Positions 1-13,785 of a DNA stretch of 64,000 bases are shown here, piece by piece. Location: positions 57,598,001-57,662,000 of the forward strand of contig OZ260665.1 in the NCBI GenBank assembly GCA_965285935.1, written 5' to 3'. Position numbers and translations under genes: made by a program. The stretch comes from Ophelia neglecta (Eukaryota). The notes below the pieces were generated by a model. The model made no database searches. It was not told the origin of the DNA and was given only the letters and a program-made list of their open reading frames with translations. The first letter of the stretch is position 1. The number at the start of each line of letters is the position of its first letter.

Positions 1-45
1 ACCGGATTTGCCAGCCTATTGTGCATTAATGCCGGATAAATGTGT

Positions 46-191
46 GATATTATTCCTCGGCAAAAGGCTATGGTTGATGTCTACTTTATGGCAATGCTTG
101 CGCTCCCCAAAAGGCACGTGTCACAGCAGGGCAGTGTGACCTTCGTGTCGATCAACACACATTAATACCCCTATCTCGGGTGAATAATGTC
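46..191. mobile_element. Degenerate palindromic (MITE-like foldback) remnant
   Basis: Nested imperfect inverted repeats: GATATTATTC-CTCGG (46-60) with TCGGGTGAATAATGTC (176-191), GTTGAT with ATCAAC, and GTCACA with TGTGAC at the centre. Confidence 0.35.
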
Positions 192-3100
192 TCCCTCCAA
201 CGTGCAATTGAGTTAATAATAATATCAATAACAATGTCATTAAAAAACCTCAATGATATAAATCTTTCATTTTTAATTCTAATAGAAATAATAATTCTTT
301 TACACTATTATTTTTTCATATGCGAGCTTTGTTAATGATTTATTAATTTATTTCTAAACTATTTAATTAATTTGTACGTACTTTTGCAGCATAAAAGGTG
401 CGAAAGAAATTGAAGAAGCGCCAATTTTAGTGGGGGAAACTGGGTCTGTCAAAATGCTTCTAGCTTTCTGAATGAAAAAAATTGCCTCTGCCTATGCCTC
501 ACTCCTGAAATTAAAGTTACTCCACCAACATACCCCCCCCCTTCCCCCCGCCCCAAGGCCGCATTTAAGTTTTAAAATCGTCGTAAAAATCACGTGTATA
601 GGTCACGGGGCTCAGACTTGGACAGAATAATCCAAAACCGCCCCTATAATTATCATTGTTATATCATTATCATATCGAAATTTGTGCTCTAGGCTGTTAA
701 CAGACAGGCTTACCGACAGACACAGTAATGGAGACGAACACTCGCATTCAGAACGTGCAAAAGTTGATAATATATTTTTCTGCATCATTTGCTTATTAAC
801 TAAATGTGGTCACGAGAGAGAAAGAGAGATTGTGATCGAGGCGTCTTTCGATTCATGCAAAAAAAAAACCATAAACGTACCCTGGCCATCCCCAAGTAGA
901 TGTCACTGCTCAGTTTGTATTGGGACATCAAACAGTGCCCATACATCTACAACATTACTCACGTTTTACCCTCTATACCAACTGATTGAGCTCAGTGCTT
1001 TCAAACCACTTTGATATTAATCCTAACTGCTAAAACGGCTATCTTGGTTCTAGGGAAAGTATTGCGGTGTATCGATTAAGGCGTGGTAGGCCGAGGGATT
1101 CTGGGACCACTATACCCTGCTATTGTGACCCTTCACTTCCGTTGATTTCCCTAGATCGTCCGTTACTGCTCGACCGTTGAGGCATGGAGCACGCAGACGA
1201 CCGCTAACAATATTGTATAATTGCACCGAGGGAACACGTCGAGTAAACCCCCATCCCCACGGAATTCATACTACAATGATATTAGTTAGGGTTTTCGAAA
1301 TAGGGGCACCCTAGACGAGAAGCACAGTGTAATACCTACGAGTTCTAACTAACTCTGCTTATATATCCACGATAATATTGTCATATCTTAGGCATGCTTG
1401 CACACCGATCAAGTGTCGGCCTTGTCTGATATACTTCTTGCCTTTCTACGAACAATTTTCTAACATAACGGAAATAGTCAATAATTATTACACATGTTCT
1501 AACTTTAGATTTAATACAATGGCACGGACTATTTTAATTATATATATCACCCAGGGATATAAAATAGCCAATAGAATGTCATATAAAGGGTACATATGGC
1601 TGTAAAATATTCGATATCCACTGAATAAATCGTTCCCACAATGCTTTTTTTCCTTAGATGCTCGTTATCCTCTTGCTGAGAGCAAGCAACTAGGTTCGAT
1701 CTCCTTCGATAACGACCCCGTCGTGCCTCATCAACAGGATCCATGCTGGTGAAATGTTGCTCCAAAACCTTTCATTTCCTTCCGAGCGTTGCAGTTGTTG
1801 TTTCCCCTCACCAGAGAGGGGAATGGTTCCTTGAACCAATTGCACCATTGGTCATATGAGAGAGAGATCATTACGTTGAAGCGAATGTCTCCCTGGAGAA
1901 GCTATCTAACTCAAACAGTCTCGGCATCGACCCGTGTATTGGAATGTGAAGTCCCCATACTGCCGATGGGATGCAGCACGTGCGTGTCGATGCATGATAA
2001 TATCCGGATCACGAGCCGCATAGGACCAGTAAGATCTGAAACAACCTATAAACTAAACCATTGGCCCATCGATTTGTTACTCCTATGCAATCTTTTTCGG
2101 ACATATTTTGGACAACGTTAGCCTCCTTTAACGTTTTTGGTGACATTCTTAAGTCATGCTTAAATGATTGAAGCCTTTCGGGAAGAGAAAACCGTTTTTC
2201 GTTTTCTTTGTCGATAAAATTAAATAAGGTATATACTCTGTTTCTCCTTTTCCTCTACTTTGAAGATATCAAAGAAGACCATATTAGTATCTTATTGCCT
2301 TTTTTCGATTAAGAGAATGCTTTTCTTCAACTAGCCATTTTAGTTCATGCTCTAAACCCAAACATTTGAATAGAAATTGATCATATGTTGCGTTTAGTCT
2401 TCAAATAATGGGCAATTATTTGATTTGATGTCACAATGTGTTATCGTTAGTGTGATTTGCACACACCCCCTCCCCCCCACCCTCTTCGCTTCCCAAGATG
2501 ATTGTCTGCTGCCCTTGGACGTCCTCATAGCAAGATTGTGTGAATCATTCCATGGTTTGGGGGAGTCACTGGGCTTTAGATGTTGGGATTCAATGTATCA
2601 TCGTACGGTGTCCCAAGTGTCCAATGCAGCCGTAATTATCGATAGAATCATCTATTGTTTATCGTTGGGATAAGATAAAATGTCTGAAGTTATGCCTGGT
2701 CGGTGGCGTGATCCAGCGGGACTCTGGTCCCTCGTCGGCAATGCCCGCCATGCCTATAGGGTCCACCGGAAATTAATGCTTGCGTGCTCAACTGATCTTA
2801 CATACTACAACATCCGGGCATTGCATGATTTGGCCAGAGTGGAATCGCTGCAATGTTCCCAGCCGAAATGGCCCTCATCTGGGACTGTGCCCGCTAACAA
2901 TCAATTAAACTCGAAATGGCGATTTTTCTTCCAGGAGATGAGATTTTATCAAAGTACCTGTCTTTTTGATGACGTTTCCCTTTATATAACCTGCGAGGTA
3001 TACATGCATTGTCTGTATTGCCTATACAGTAATGAGCTTCGCGACATGATCTGTGGGTGCCATAATACCCCAGACCTGCTGACTGTAAGAGGGTGGTTCT

Positions 3101-4819
3101 GAAGGACTTGGCACTCTGCTGACATATATAGCCTATACGACAGTTAGGTAGATGTTAACCACAGGCGCATCATCTACGGGCACATGGTTCTGATATCATA
3201 TTTCATATTAAGTTCTCTTTTATTCATAGGAACTAAATTAATTCCTGTCCACAGTATAGTCCGACATGCCTTCAGGTTGTATGTGTTTCCGCAGCAGGTG
3301 GATTAATTCGAGTATCCGGTTAGCGGGTGAAATCTCTCTTGTAGCCACATTCGTCCAAACAGGTTTGCTTTCCTCTGTAAGCCAATGGCAGGTGCTTCCA
3401 TGTGCCATTAAGACCAATCATCAATATAATAAAAAGGTATATTAATGAGTCGAAATGGCGACATCAGGTGCGAGAGCGTGCTACATGCGAGGAATTTCAT
3501 CGATAATCCCGCCGCCCATATGGTATGAGCTAGATTTTAGACGAAGTGCCCGAGGATAAGTGTCAGATGAAGACATCCCATAAAAGCATATAAGTAATTA
3601 AAACAGTGCAGAGTAGCTCAGGTTTACAATATTAAATGATTAGGTACCCAGGTTGCTTTACATGGGAAAACGGCTGCTTTGCCGCCTCTACTAACCACGC
3701 CCAAATGGCAACAGCACAGCATTATAAACTCTCAATAACGATAGAAGATAAGCAGCAAACAGTGCTGGCGAAATGCCGGTTTCATGAACCAAATTGGGTC
3801 GTTAAAGCAATTTTTACCTTCCAGCCAAACCGTAAATTGTAAGACAATGTCAGCTTGTCGTCACCTGAAGGAAGAGTTGCCAATATTTCTATCAAGTTTA
3901 GCCCTCGGAGGGTTGAAGGGTGTGCCTTGCCAGATTTATACTGGCTGAAATGACTGATTTGCATGTTTAATCAACTATCCTAGTATGTACATTTGCTAGG
4001 CACCCGCGGAGAAGAAGTTCTCAAATGTCACAAGTGAAAGGCGCTGTGCTGCCGGTGCTGAGGTGCTCCTTGATATGCATAACCAACCACCTGCGCTTTT
4101 TCAGTAGTTAACTTCCTATTCCTCGATAGCAGAATTCCTAGTTTCCTAGGATATAGAGTGTGTACTTCGAGACTTATGGCTTTTGTAAGAGCTTGGGCTT
4201 TTCCGCATTATTTTAATGGGAGACACGCTGCTCTTCTGAAAAATTTACTGACCGATGAACATGAAATCTGAAGGTTAAAACGGGCATTTTTCCTATAAAT
4301 ACTCCGCCAATTTATCAAGTAAAACACTCGCCTTAAGGATTTGTGGAATCCAATTAAGGATTTTATCAGGCTAGAGGATATCGATAACTCTTCTTTAGAC
4401 TGCTCGTGTGCAGGTTCTAGATATCATTGTTTTAACACATACGCAGTAAAAGGCGACAATGGCTATTAGTGATCAGTTCCGCTCATCCTAGAGCTAAGGG
4501 TCATTTCTGATTCATAGTGATATAATATCGTAAGTTTCAGATGCACGTATTTGTTCACAATAAAAGCGCGACTAGTTCACTTTACATATGAATACAATAC
4601 TATCGAGGGAGGCTTGTTACAATTATCCTCTTAAGTATTCAGGGACCGTTTACATAACTCTTTGGTCTGGTGTTTAATGAGACATTTTCGTCTAGAGTCT
4701 TTAGATATCATGAGAGAGCGTGCACCTTCATAGCCTCTCTTTAGACATATTTTATCTCTGTCCTACTTGGACAAATGGCTGGTTTGTTTTGTGATCTGAT
4801 ATGCCTCATGGTAAACAGA

Positions 4820-5012
4820 TGACTACTTCTTATAAATGTGATATAATTTTTATATGTTTTATTATGTGACATGTTTGGTTACTGTTTGAGTGCTGGAAAT
4901 CGATTATTGATGTGTGCTGTGCTGTGTCGTCTGGTTCCTGGTGATTTCGGATCGATATAATGGACTGTTCTTGATCAATGATTTGACTTTGGTTGCCGGG
5001 TACCCACTCTTG
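4820..5012 (-). repeat. Dispersed repeat family X, copy A
   Basis: Reverse complement GAGTGGGTACCCGGCAACCAAAGTCAAATC...CCGAAATCACCAGGAACCAG...ATATCAC..AGAAGTAGTCA aligns by eye with the copy at 10853-11030. Confidence 0.7.
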
Positions 5013-6859
5013 AATTTTTAGGATCAGCAAATGTGGCCCTTCTTGGGAAGGAACATCCCCCACACTCCTTTATGGAGATTCTAGACCCGCAAGTATAGAT
5101 AGCAACTGTTTTACGCTCTACTCAATCACAGTCTGTAATGACCTCTTTTTCCGGCAGTAAACTTATATTGGGCTTTGGAGCTTGGGCCATAAATCGGCGG
5201 TAATTTCATTTAAGGTAATCTCCAACTTGTGGTGGATTAGCCGAGCCAAAGGTTAGCCAATCCTTGCCAACCAAGTAATGCAACACCACAGTTTTCCTGA
5301 TTCCAGAATGAGAGCAACTATACTGATCATCTCGGGGCCGGTGCAACTGATTCAGTGATAACGAAGTCGAAAGTATGGACCAATGAAATTGATTGTCATT
5401 TGTAGAGATGAAGTTAATATAATGTCTCTAACCATGTCGTGGTGGCTTCTATGCCTTCTTGTACATCGCTTCCCGACATTCTCCTTGAATCATTCTGTTC
5501 ATATGACAGAGACTGGGCACGGAATTAAAATCATGGACAAAATATTATAAGCTTTAAAAACCTGTATTTGTTATCGAATCACAACACGGAAAATGCAATT
5601 AAACACACTAGACCTTTCTACACATAATTGTGTTTCTTTTTTCCTGGGAAAGGGTCACTCAATGCTTAGAGTTGTCAGCACTTATTTGATTCTTAAGGCA
5701 GCCACATGCAATTATGCCCGCAAAGGTACACATCGAATTTCTGAAAGTACGATGCTGTTTCTGACTTTTACACACGTATTCACTTATTAATCTTTTTCTA
5801 GCATTATGTAATTCAACAACAAGTTGACAAGAGTGAAGTGGGTGGGCCTGTTTCTGTTTCTCATACTAATGCACAGTGGCACATGTCGTTTCATCAGTCA
5901 TAGTTGATTACAGTTGATAACTCACCACTGAGGTTTAACTTAGAGCGATACAGCTTTAGTGTGAAATGAATAGGATTCATGAGATAGGCATAAAAATCGC
6001 GCTTCTGCTAGTTGTTTCTGTGAGTAGCCACAAAGCACTCATTACCCATAAGTACATTTACTTATCGTATGCCTCCTTAGTGAGCACACGTAACGCTTAT
6101 TTGACTCTTATCATGACGCATAACAATGTTACTGCTAGGTTTGTTGACTATGTGGTGCGTTTGATAACATTTTTCTGTTCTCAGTAGGCTAGTGAGGCTT
6201 CATGGCCACATTGAAAATTCATCGAACACACAAGGCATTGTAAATCAATGAACACTGAACACTAGAAATGTCGAAAGAAGTTAAAAATAATGAAGAGCTC
6301 TTAAATTTAGTTCATTATATTATATGGTTAGAATTCACTTAGCCCATGCGAGAGAGATAAAGGGAGAACCAAAACCTAAACAAAGCCAATATTACTTCGC
6401 TCTGCTATTGGGATGTACTGGGTAAATAATATCTCCTCTTTATTCCACATTTAGGATGAATGTCCTTCACTTGGTAAAGTGAAGCAGTCACGCTGTGATT
6501 GTGACGCGCGGACTATCCAGGCATTGCGCGTGATAGAGTAGTGTGTACCACTGTGGTTTGTACTACAACTGCCTTAGAATTCTGAGTATAAGGTCGAGCG
6601 AATGGAGCGAAAAGAACAGAGGTAAACATCCGAGCAAAACCAAACAAGCTAACTTAGATCAGCGTTAACAATATGTTTATAGTCCATTATTTATAAATTG
6701 ACTGACTGAACCATGAAATATATGTATAGGGATAGATATAAATAATAAATAATGCTGTAACCTTCAAGAAAAGTCATGGACAATTTCGGAACGAAACATC
6801 GCAAGCGACCACAAACGTATGAACAATTAGGGACTCAGCATTGTGTTCGATTTATGTTT

Positions 6860-6884
6860 TGTGTATGTGTGTGTGTGTATGTGT
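6860..6884. repeat. Imperfect (TG)n microsatellite
   Basis: TGTGTATGTGTGTGTGTGTATGTGT. Confidence 0.8.
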
Positions 6885-9800
6885 CTTGGTGATCATCCAC
6901 ATGCATTCAGCTTTTTGGCATTTATACTATTTTCTTTGAAGCACCTTAAATACAGTTGTATGCGTTTCAGAAGCCAACATCCAGCTTAAGGTAGATCAAG
7001 GTTCACTTGTCCAAACTAATATCATCATGCTATTCAACAATCGAGTTGATGTTCTTGTTGGAATATCTGCCAGCTGATCCTTTAGTTGAACCTAATTGAA
7101 TTACCCCTGTGGTCTTGCACTATATGCTACATACAGTTATGGAGCATCATGCCTCAGGATTTGTCACCGACCTGCTCCCTTCAGCTGTCTACAGGGAGCA
7201 GGAAGTATGGAAGGTGGCAAAACTCCAGTTATCAAATTACAGTGATGGATGACCGCGCTTGTAATCAACTGTAGTGGCCGGCCTGGCAGCGATAATGTAT
7301 TGCCTTTCTGCCGGTGGGCCCCTTGGAGCACGCCTCATATACCACGAAATACTGCTCAGACATTTTGACTAAAGACAGTATGTTGTTGGTAGACAAACGG
7401 TAGCCAGTCGAACGAGTGTAATATTAAGTTTCCACATATTATTTCCCTCTAAACTCGCTGATACCATAGCAGCACTCACAACAGGGTTTATTACATCTCC
7501 GAACCCGTATAATATCTAAGGTGTGGATGGCATCAATTATTCAAAAGTATTTCCCTTACAAACTTATACTCCACTTTTCGCTCATTAGTAGAAGTGTTCA
7601 GATGGTAATCCTGTGTCGAAGCAACAGAATAGATGTAAGACATTATTATGAATACGCAACAAATCATCGATTTCTGTTACATTAAATATGACTAATACAG
7701 GAATTCTTTTTTTCCGCGATTCCCATGCATGTGGCGTAACCAAAGGCGGCAGAGCGTGTATAGAAAGGCTTTGTTGCCGAGGAGACCATCCATGGTTCGC
7801 TTCCCGCTGGCTGGCTTTTCTTCCTGCCCGTCGGCTCCCACTCCAACACCCGGGAATGAAATCACATTTGGCCCCTGAGCGGACTTCAGAAGGCGCGAAA
7901 GAACACGTTAGAGGTGTGAATGCTACGTGGTTTTGCTGCTGATTGCTTCATTACCAAATGCTTTGGCTCGTCACATAGCAATATAACCCGGATTTAGTTT
8001 GCCTTCCTCACTCAATCACAACATATTTCCTTTTAATCCTTCCTCTGATGTCCTGGAAACATACACCGACGCGCTTAAGACTGACAGTTACATTTTTGCT
8101 TTCAAACGCTTGGTGATTCATGCGAATCTGTTTTTCCACCTTTACCCTACCTCATTCGCATGTGTTTTCTATACTATTTTTGCTTGGAATATAGTGATGA
8201 AAGAGTGTTCCGTTCACTGGCACAAAATATCACCACAACTCGCGTGAAGTCCTACTTGGCATGCAGCACACAATTGAGGGTATACTTCGTGTAGTCAAGT
8301 GGAAGCGCATTGGCCTTCATCACCCATCTGATTGTAGGGCAGTTTGTACCCTTAAATTCTTACAGCGCATGGGGTAGTGTGCCAGCCTGCTACTATGGGC
8401 AAACCAGTATACAGGAAGCTGTAATTTAACGTAAAACAGGAAACCAATATTGCGATGAATCGACATATCGGTAAATGTGCGTTTACTATTTAATGGAAAA
8501 TGAATATCCCACAGATCGATATTGTTTTAGAAAATAAATTCATAGTCCGTATTTGCTTTCAACTTACAAAAGAAAACAACGATTAGCAAACGGGCGAAAC
8601 TATAACTGTGTGAAATCCCAAGACAAGAACCTTATATTCCTTCCATTGAAGACAGTTAGTCCAAGTTGGTTTACGTACTTTCATTTTAGTTGTTTCACGT
8701 TAACATCGGGTGCCGTTTGCCCTTCAAGGCGACCCTACTCCGTGTGGCCGGCCTGTCCTTCCCAGCTGGCCAGATTAACGATTCTGCTCAGCTGTCATTG
8801 TAGCCGTGTGCTGCCAGGCGGAAACCGTGGCACTACATCACACATGTCATTTACTCGTTTACCGAGCAGGCAATCCGCTGCAACCTCGATTACAGAGTAG
8901 GAGATGGAGGCTTTATTGTCCTTGCCTAGCCCGTTATTGTTATTTGGCTAGCTGAAAGCAGCAATCCCATTTAATGTTCATTATTTGGCAAATGCTAGAT
9001 TACTTGCAGGTCCGCTTTACTCAGAGCCGTCTCAGCAAATTTTGGGCTACCTCAAGGTGGTCAAACATCAGTGTCGAACTGAATTAATATGCAGCTTATT
9101 CAAAGTGTATGAACAACACGACTGTACATGACACTGGCATAAGGGTTTTAAATTCACCAATTGTACCCTTTATATTGGCAAGTAATCTTCTTTCGGTGGT
9201 ATAGTCAAATCCAGTCACTATGTATATATTTATATCTTGTCGCAAAAAAGTTCTTTGGTTATATTTGAGGTATTTATTTATCTTAATTTCACTGCACATG
9301 GAAAGAAAGTCAACTCTGGCAGTTTTATGGCACGTGCATCGTTTTTTCGCATGTGATTATTAATAACAGTCGACCGCCCATATAGAAGGTTCAACTGAAA
9401 AAAAAACTGAATAAAAAGATAACTCAAAGCTTCACAGAAGGTGCCCTCTGTTTTAAAAAAGTATCATTGACGATAAACGACTAATTTGATAGCACTCTCA
9501 AAGGAAAACAACTGTTTTACTGATTACCACGCCTGCAATCCGAGGCACAGATGGCTTTTTAATGTTATATAATCAGTCGGAGAATGCCGATATCTTTAAT
9601 ATTTTGTAATGAGGTGTGAAGGCAGACTTGGTGAATAACGCACATGTCTAAATAGCATGTAATGAAGTTTTGGCCTGTGTATCGACTTCAGTGTCTGTCA
9701 GATTCAAATGAAGACTGGTTGTGGAAATCAGGCATGTTACCTAGCGATATCAATTGACATTAATCAAGAAAACATCTGTCAGTAAAGGGATTCTTAAATA

Positions 9801-10852
9801 TTTCATTGAATTTCATTGAAGATATTCACATTTCTATATATGTGGCCAGTAATGCGCCTAGAAAATTGACTTTGTAAGCGAAGCCTTGTCGAGCACTATG
9901 CGCCTGGCCACCGCTCAAGCCTGTTACGCCATTGCGCCACTGTTACGGAGATAACTTAGGAAAGTTTTACACCAAATGCCGCTGTCAGTCCGCATTTTCA
10001 TCTAAACTTGCACAGATTGGTCTCAAAGGGGTTGTTGATGGAATCAATTAGAGAAGTACTGGCTTTCTGCTCAACGTCATCTGTTACTGCACGCAATCCA
10101 CTTTCATTGCGTTTCAGTAATGTCAAGCAGAGCAAAAAAGTCAGAAATTATGATTCTAAAATCCGTACATCTTGTTTTCACCATAGGATTGTTTTTGCCT
10201 TTAGTATGTACCCACCTAGGTGACATTTTAGGCACGTTTTACCTTAAGGGATTGACGTTAGCTGCCAGGTCCAATCGGATCGTATTTCCGCCGGCCGTGC
10301 CTTCATTGTCTCGTTAGCTAACACGTGATCCTGCGATAATCAGGTTTGACACGCGATAGTGATGTAAATAGATGGACAAATGTCTGTAATCATATAACAA
10401 CCGTTTTCGGATTCCTCTGGGACAAACACATACCCATTGCAGAGTCTTATTGCACAATGGGGTGTCTGGAATTGCCGCCATGTTTTGTGTTTAGTTTTGA
10501 CGTTAATACGGTTTCTGTATTCTTCGTCCTGCCGTTTTTGTTACCATTATACAAGGCCAGAACAGTTTCTAAGGTGTTATTGGCTAAACGTTGCAGCAGT
10601 ATAAATATATATATATGTATACTTGTTTGGTTTCCCGATTCGACAATTAAGAGAAAACGAATTCTTCATAGATGTTCCATGAAGGCTGTAACAAAATACG
10701 CCCGGTTGCCATGACCGTGGCACCATATATAGGTACAGTAGCATGCTGGCTGTGTAAGATGGTGGATAGAAAAACTTCGAACTCTTTGAGTACATTTCCT
10801 ACATATTTCTTCTAGAGATTCAGCCTCTGCCCAGTAACCTCAATTAGTACCG

Positions 10853-11030
10853 AACAAACGGGAGTGCATACCCGGCAGACAAAGTAAAATCGTTAAGAAT
10901 AGCCCATTAAATCGGTCAAAAACTACAAGGAACCATCAGTTACCTGCCAAAACACAAAACCAGGTTCTCAAAACTAGCCAAAATTGAACGAAAATAATAA
11001 CTTGATATCACTTACAATGAGAAGTAGTCA
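10853..11030 (+). repeat. Dispersed repeat family X, copy E
   Basis: AACAAACGGGAGTGCATACCCGGCAGACAAAGTAAAATCGTTAAGAATAGCCCATTAAATCGGTC...AGGAACCA...ATATCAC..AGAAGTAGTCA. Confidence 0.7.
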
Positions 11031-12573
11031 ACATAAATCAACCCATTTTCAATCGCAAATGTATCATACCAAATCAGTGCCCCTCCATCCCTCGCGTGAT
11101 GCAAGACCGCAAAATTGATTCTGAAGCCAGTCTTTCAGCCCCTTATTGGATGAAGTGCTTTTCACTGGAACTTACGCCTACACTTTAAAACACTGGGTAA
11201 AGTTTTACTTCCTGATTTAGCTTTTGATTTGATTCTTTGCTCAACATCTGTTCCATTTCTTTTCTTGAATGCTTCTATATCGCCATAAAAGGGTCTTTTA
11301 TGCCTTTTTATAGTTAAATCAGCTTGATTAAATATTAATGCATGTACTTCGACCAGCCAAAGGATAGTTGTTATGTATGTACCAATTAAGGCACATGCAG
11401 AGACGAATATTACCTTTGTATTTGTACCGAACCCGCTCTCGCCGTAAAACACGCAATTAACGGAGGTGGATAGCTATTTGGCAATATGTTATACTAATGT
11501 ATCAAGTTGCCGACAAAGCGCAAAATAAATGTAGTGGCTCGGATGTCCAGCCGAGTTATTACCGCGTGTGATTTCGATTCTTTCATCGGCGTTAATCAAG
11601 CTGTTCTGGGGCGGGTCCCCAGCCTTCGGCATTCACTTCAATATCCTTGGAAGGCCATGCCCTCATAACAATACACGGCAGGTAGCTTTATTAATAAATA
11701 CATCAGCAACCATCTGGGTTCGAAGTCCATCAATGGAGGTGGTGGATGGACAAATAGTATTGTAATAGAGTCAGACACGTGTAAATCAGGCGTGAAATAA
11801 CGTAAAACTCAAATCCTAGTATGAAACTAGGCGAACAACACCATTTAAAGAAAAATCAATGCAACAATGCAAAGCCTTTTTGTTAAATGTCTGAATGTTA
11901 TTCGAACAGAAGCTCAGTGTTATTCCTTATCGAGATCTCATATAAAAATACACTTAATCTGTTCTGTTTTCACTATCCTTTACGGTGTGGCCATGCTCTA
12001 TCAGGTATTTAGCCTTTCTTAAAGTGGTTAATATATAGTGCATATATAATATTGTTATCCGTTTCCATTTTCTGCAACCATTAAATACACATATGATTTC
12101 CGATAACCGCTTTAACCTTTAGGATTGTAATCCAGCGTTTGTGCAAGTCTGTTACCATAACCTTTTATTACGTGCTATAATGAGTAAGCTAGACAGTTTT
12201 GTTGGGTCGCCTGCCCAGTTTGTTTCAGAGGTTTAACTTTAATCAGTTCTCCACGCTCTTTAGTATCCAGTAGATTTGTTCCCTATTCTTTGACTAAGCA
12301 GATGGTTTTGAACGGATCGAGGCAAGTATCTTAAACTAAAAGCCTCTATTGCCGGCCTTTAATCGGGAGTGGTTTAAAACATCCAGAGCACAAAGCAGTG
12401 GGCATCAGCATCTCGATTCTCAACAACACTTTATCAATTCTGTATCAGTGCGTTTTAATTAAATGATTCCGATTGTAAATGGAACTACATGATGTAGTCA
12501 TTGTGAATGGGAAAATGGCGAAGCTGAACCCAGAAATCCATCAAATACAAATTAAACATGTCGTACGCTTGTT

Positions 12574-12635
12574 CAATAACATCTACATATTATCTGCTTT
12601 ATGTCCAATAGCATCTACATATTATCTGCTTTATG
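12574..12635. repeat. Tandem duplication, 32-bp period, 2 copies
   Basis: CAATA(A/G)CATCTACATATTATCTGCTTTATG occurs twice. Confidence 0.9.
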
Positions 12636-12740
12636 AAGATTTAATATTTGTGAAGTAAAGACAAGTATACAATGTTTCATCTAAACTGAAGCTTCATTTT
12701 CTTTTCCAACTTATTCTCAACTGTATATAGCGATTACCTA

Positions 12741-12913
12741 TTACAGTAATTACCCTAGCTTTACTTCAGTTTTTATTTACATTACACGTTTGTACACTAC
12801 TGGGTACTGGCAGTTGATGTATGTGGGCCTCTGGCTTCTGGTTCCTGTTGATTTCGGACTGATTAGATGGCTATTCTTTATAAATCATTTTGCTTTGTCT
12901 CCACTCCCGTTTT
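12741..12913 (-). repeat. Dispersed repeat family X, copy B
   Basis: Reverse complement AAAACGGGAGTGGAGACAAAGCAAAATG...AAGAATAGCCATCTAATCAGTCCGAAATCAACAGGAACCAG...GGCCCACATACATCAACTGCCAG...AATTACTGTAA. Confidence 0.7.
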
Positions 12914-13010
12914 CTCAACATTTAACGTCGTTGGCATCACTAAACTTTAAAGCAATACTTATATAGGACTGCAAATTGTCTCTATAGACTGCACAGCCCA
13001 GGCTTTAGCG

Positions 13011-13137
13011 CAAACGGGAGTGCATGCTCATCGGGCAATCCAAAGTCAGGAAATACCAAATCAATGGCGCCGAAATCACCAGGAAATGCAGACCCACGAA
13101 CATCAGTTTCCAGGCTCATAATTTTAAATTACTGTAA
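13011..13137 (+). repeat. Dispersed repeat family X, copy D (inverted relative to copy B)
   Basis: CAAACGGGAGTGCAT...CAAAGTCA...CCGAAATCACCAGGAA...GACCCACGAACATCAGTTTCCAG...AATTACTGTAA. Confidence 0.65.
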
Positions 13138-13770
13138 CGTAATAATCTTATCGAATACATTTTTTGATTTGTCTGCCAAGTATCTACTATTGCGACTTGG
13201 CCAACGTCAAGGAAAACTGTTTTCCATTGCTAGTGCAATTGATATCAGATTCCATCAGTTTCTTCGATTTAATTATTTGAAAAGTAATTCATTTAACATG
13301 AACGAGCTATAGATTGTCTTGTTGCCTGTTGTTGATGGCTGCTGGTGGATATTATTCGTGGTAGCCGATTTCGATTTGCCTGCCAAGCGTCTATTAGTTA
13401 TTTCCTGGTTTTACCGTGGACTGTACATCTATGTCGATAGTCTGAAATTATTTGGGGCATCTTACTTGCTTGCACTTAGTTGTTTGAGGGCCGGAAGCTT
13501 TCGGTTTCTAATAAGCAATTTGCCTTGTCATCTTGTGATCTTCATCCGGATTTTAAATAAACACTTATTGGAAAAATATTATTGCTGTTTAGATTTCAGG
13601 TTTTCCTAGATTAGGATCAGCTGATGTTCTCTACTGTTTTTGAGTATTATATTGTGTTTTGAGTTCGGGATTTTTAATTAGTAAAAAAAATTGAGGAAGT
13701 TGTACAACACTCATTGAAGATAATAGGCAATCATATCATTGATAGTTCATGCACACGAACATATATTTTA

Positions 13771-13785
13771 GGGGGGGGGGGGGGG
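13771..13785. repeat. G15 homopolymer
   Basis: Read directly from the sequence. Confidence 0.9.

Noticed and set aside
2698-2760. HDV-like ribozyme L3-type sequence TCCCTCGT in a GC-rich patch
   Set aside because: Flanks do not form P3, and P1/P2 pairings could not be built.
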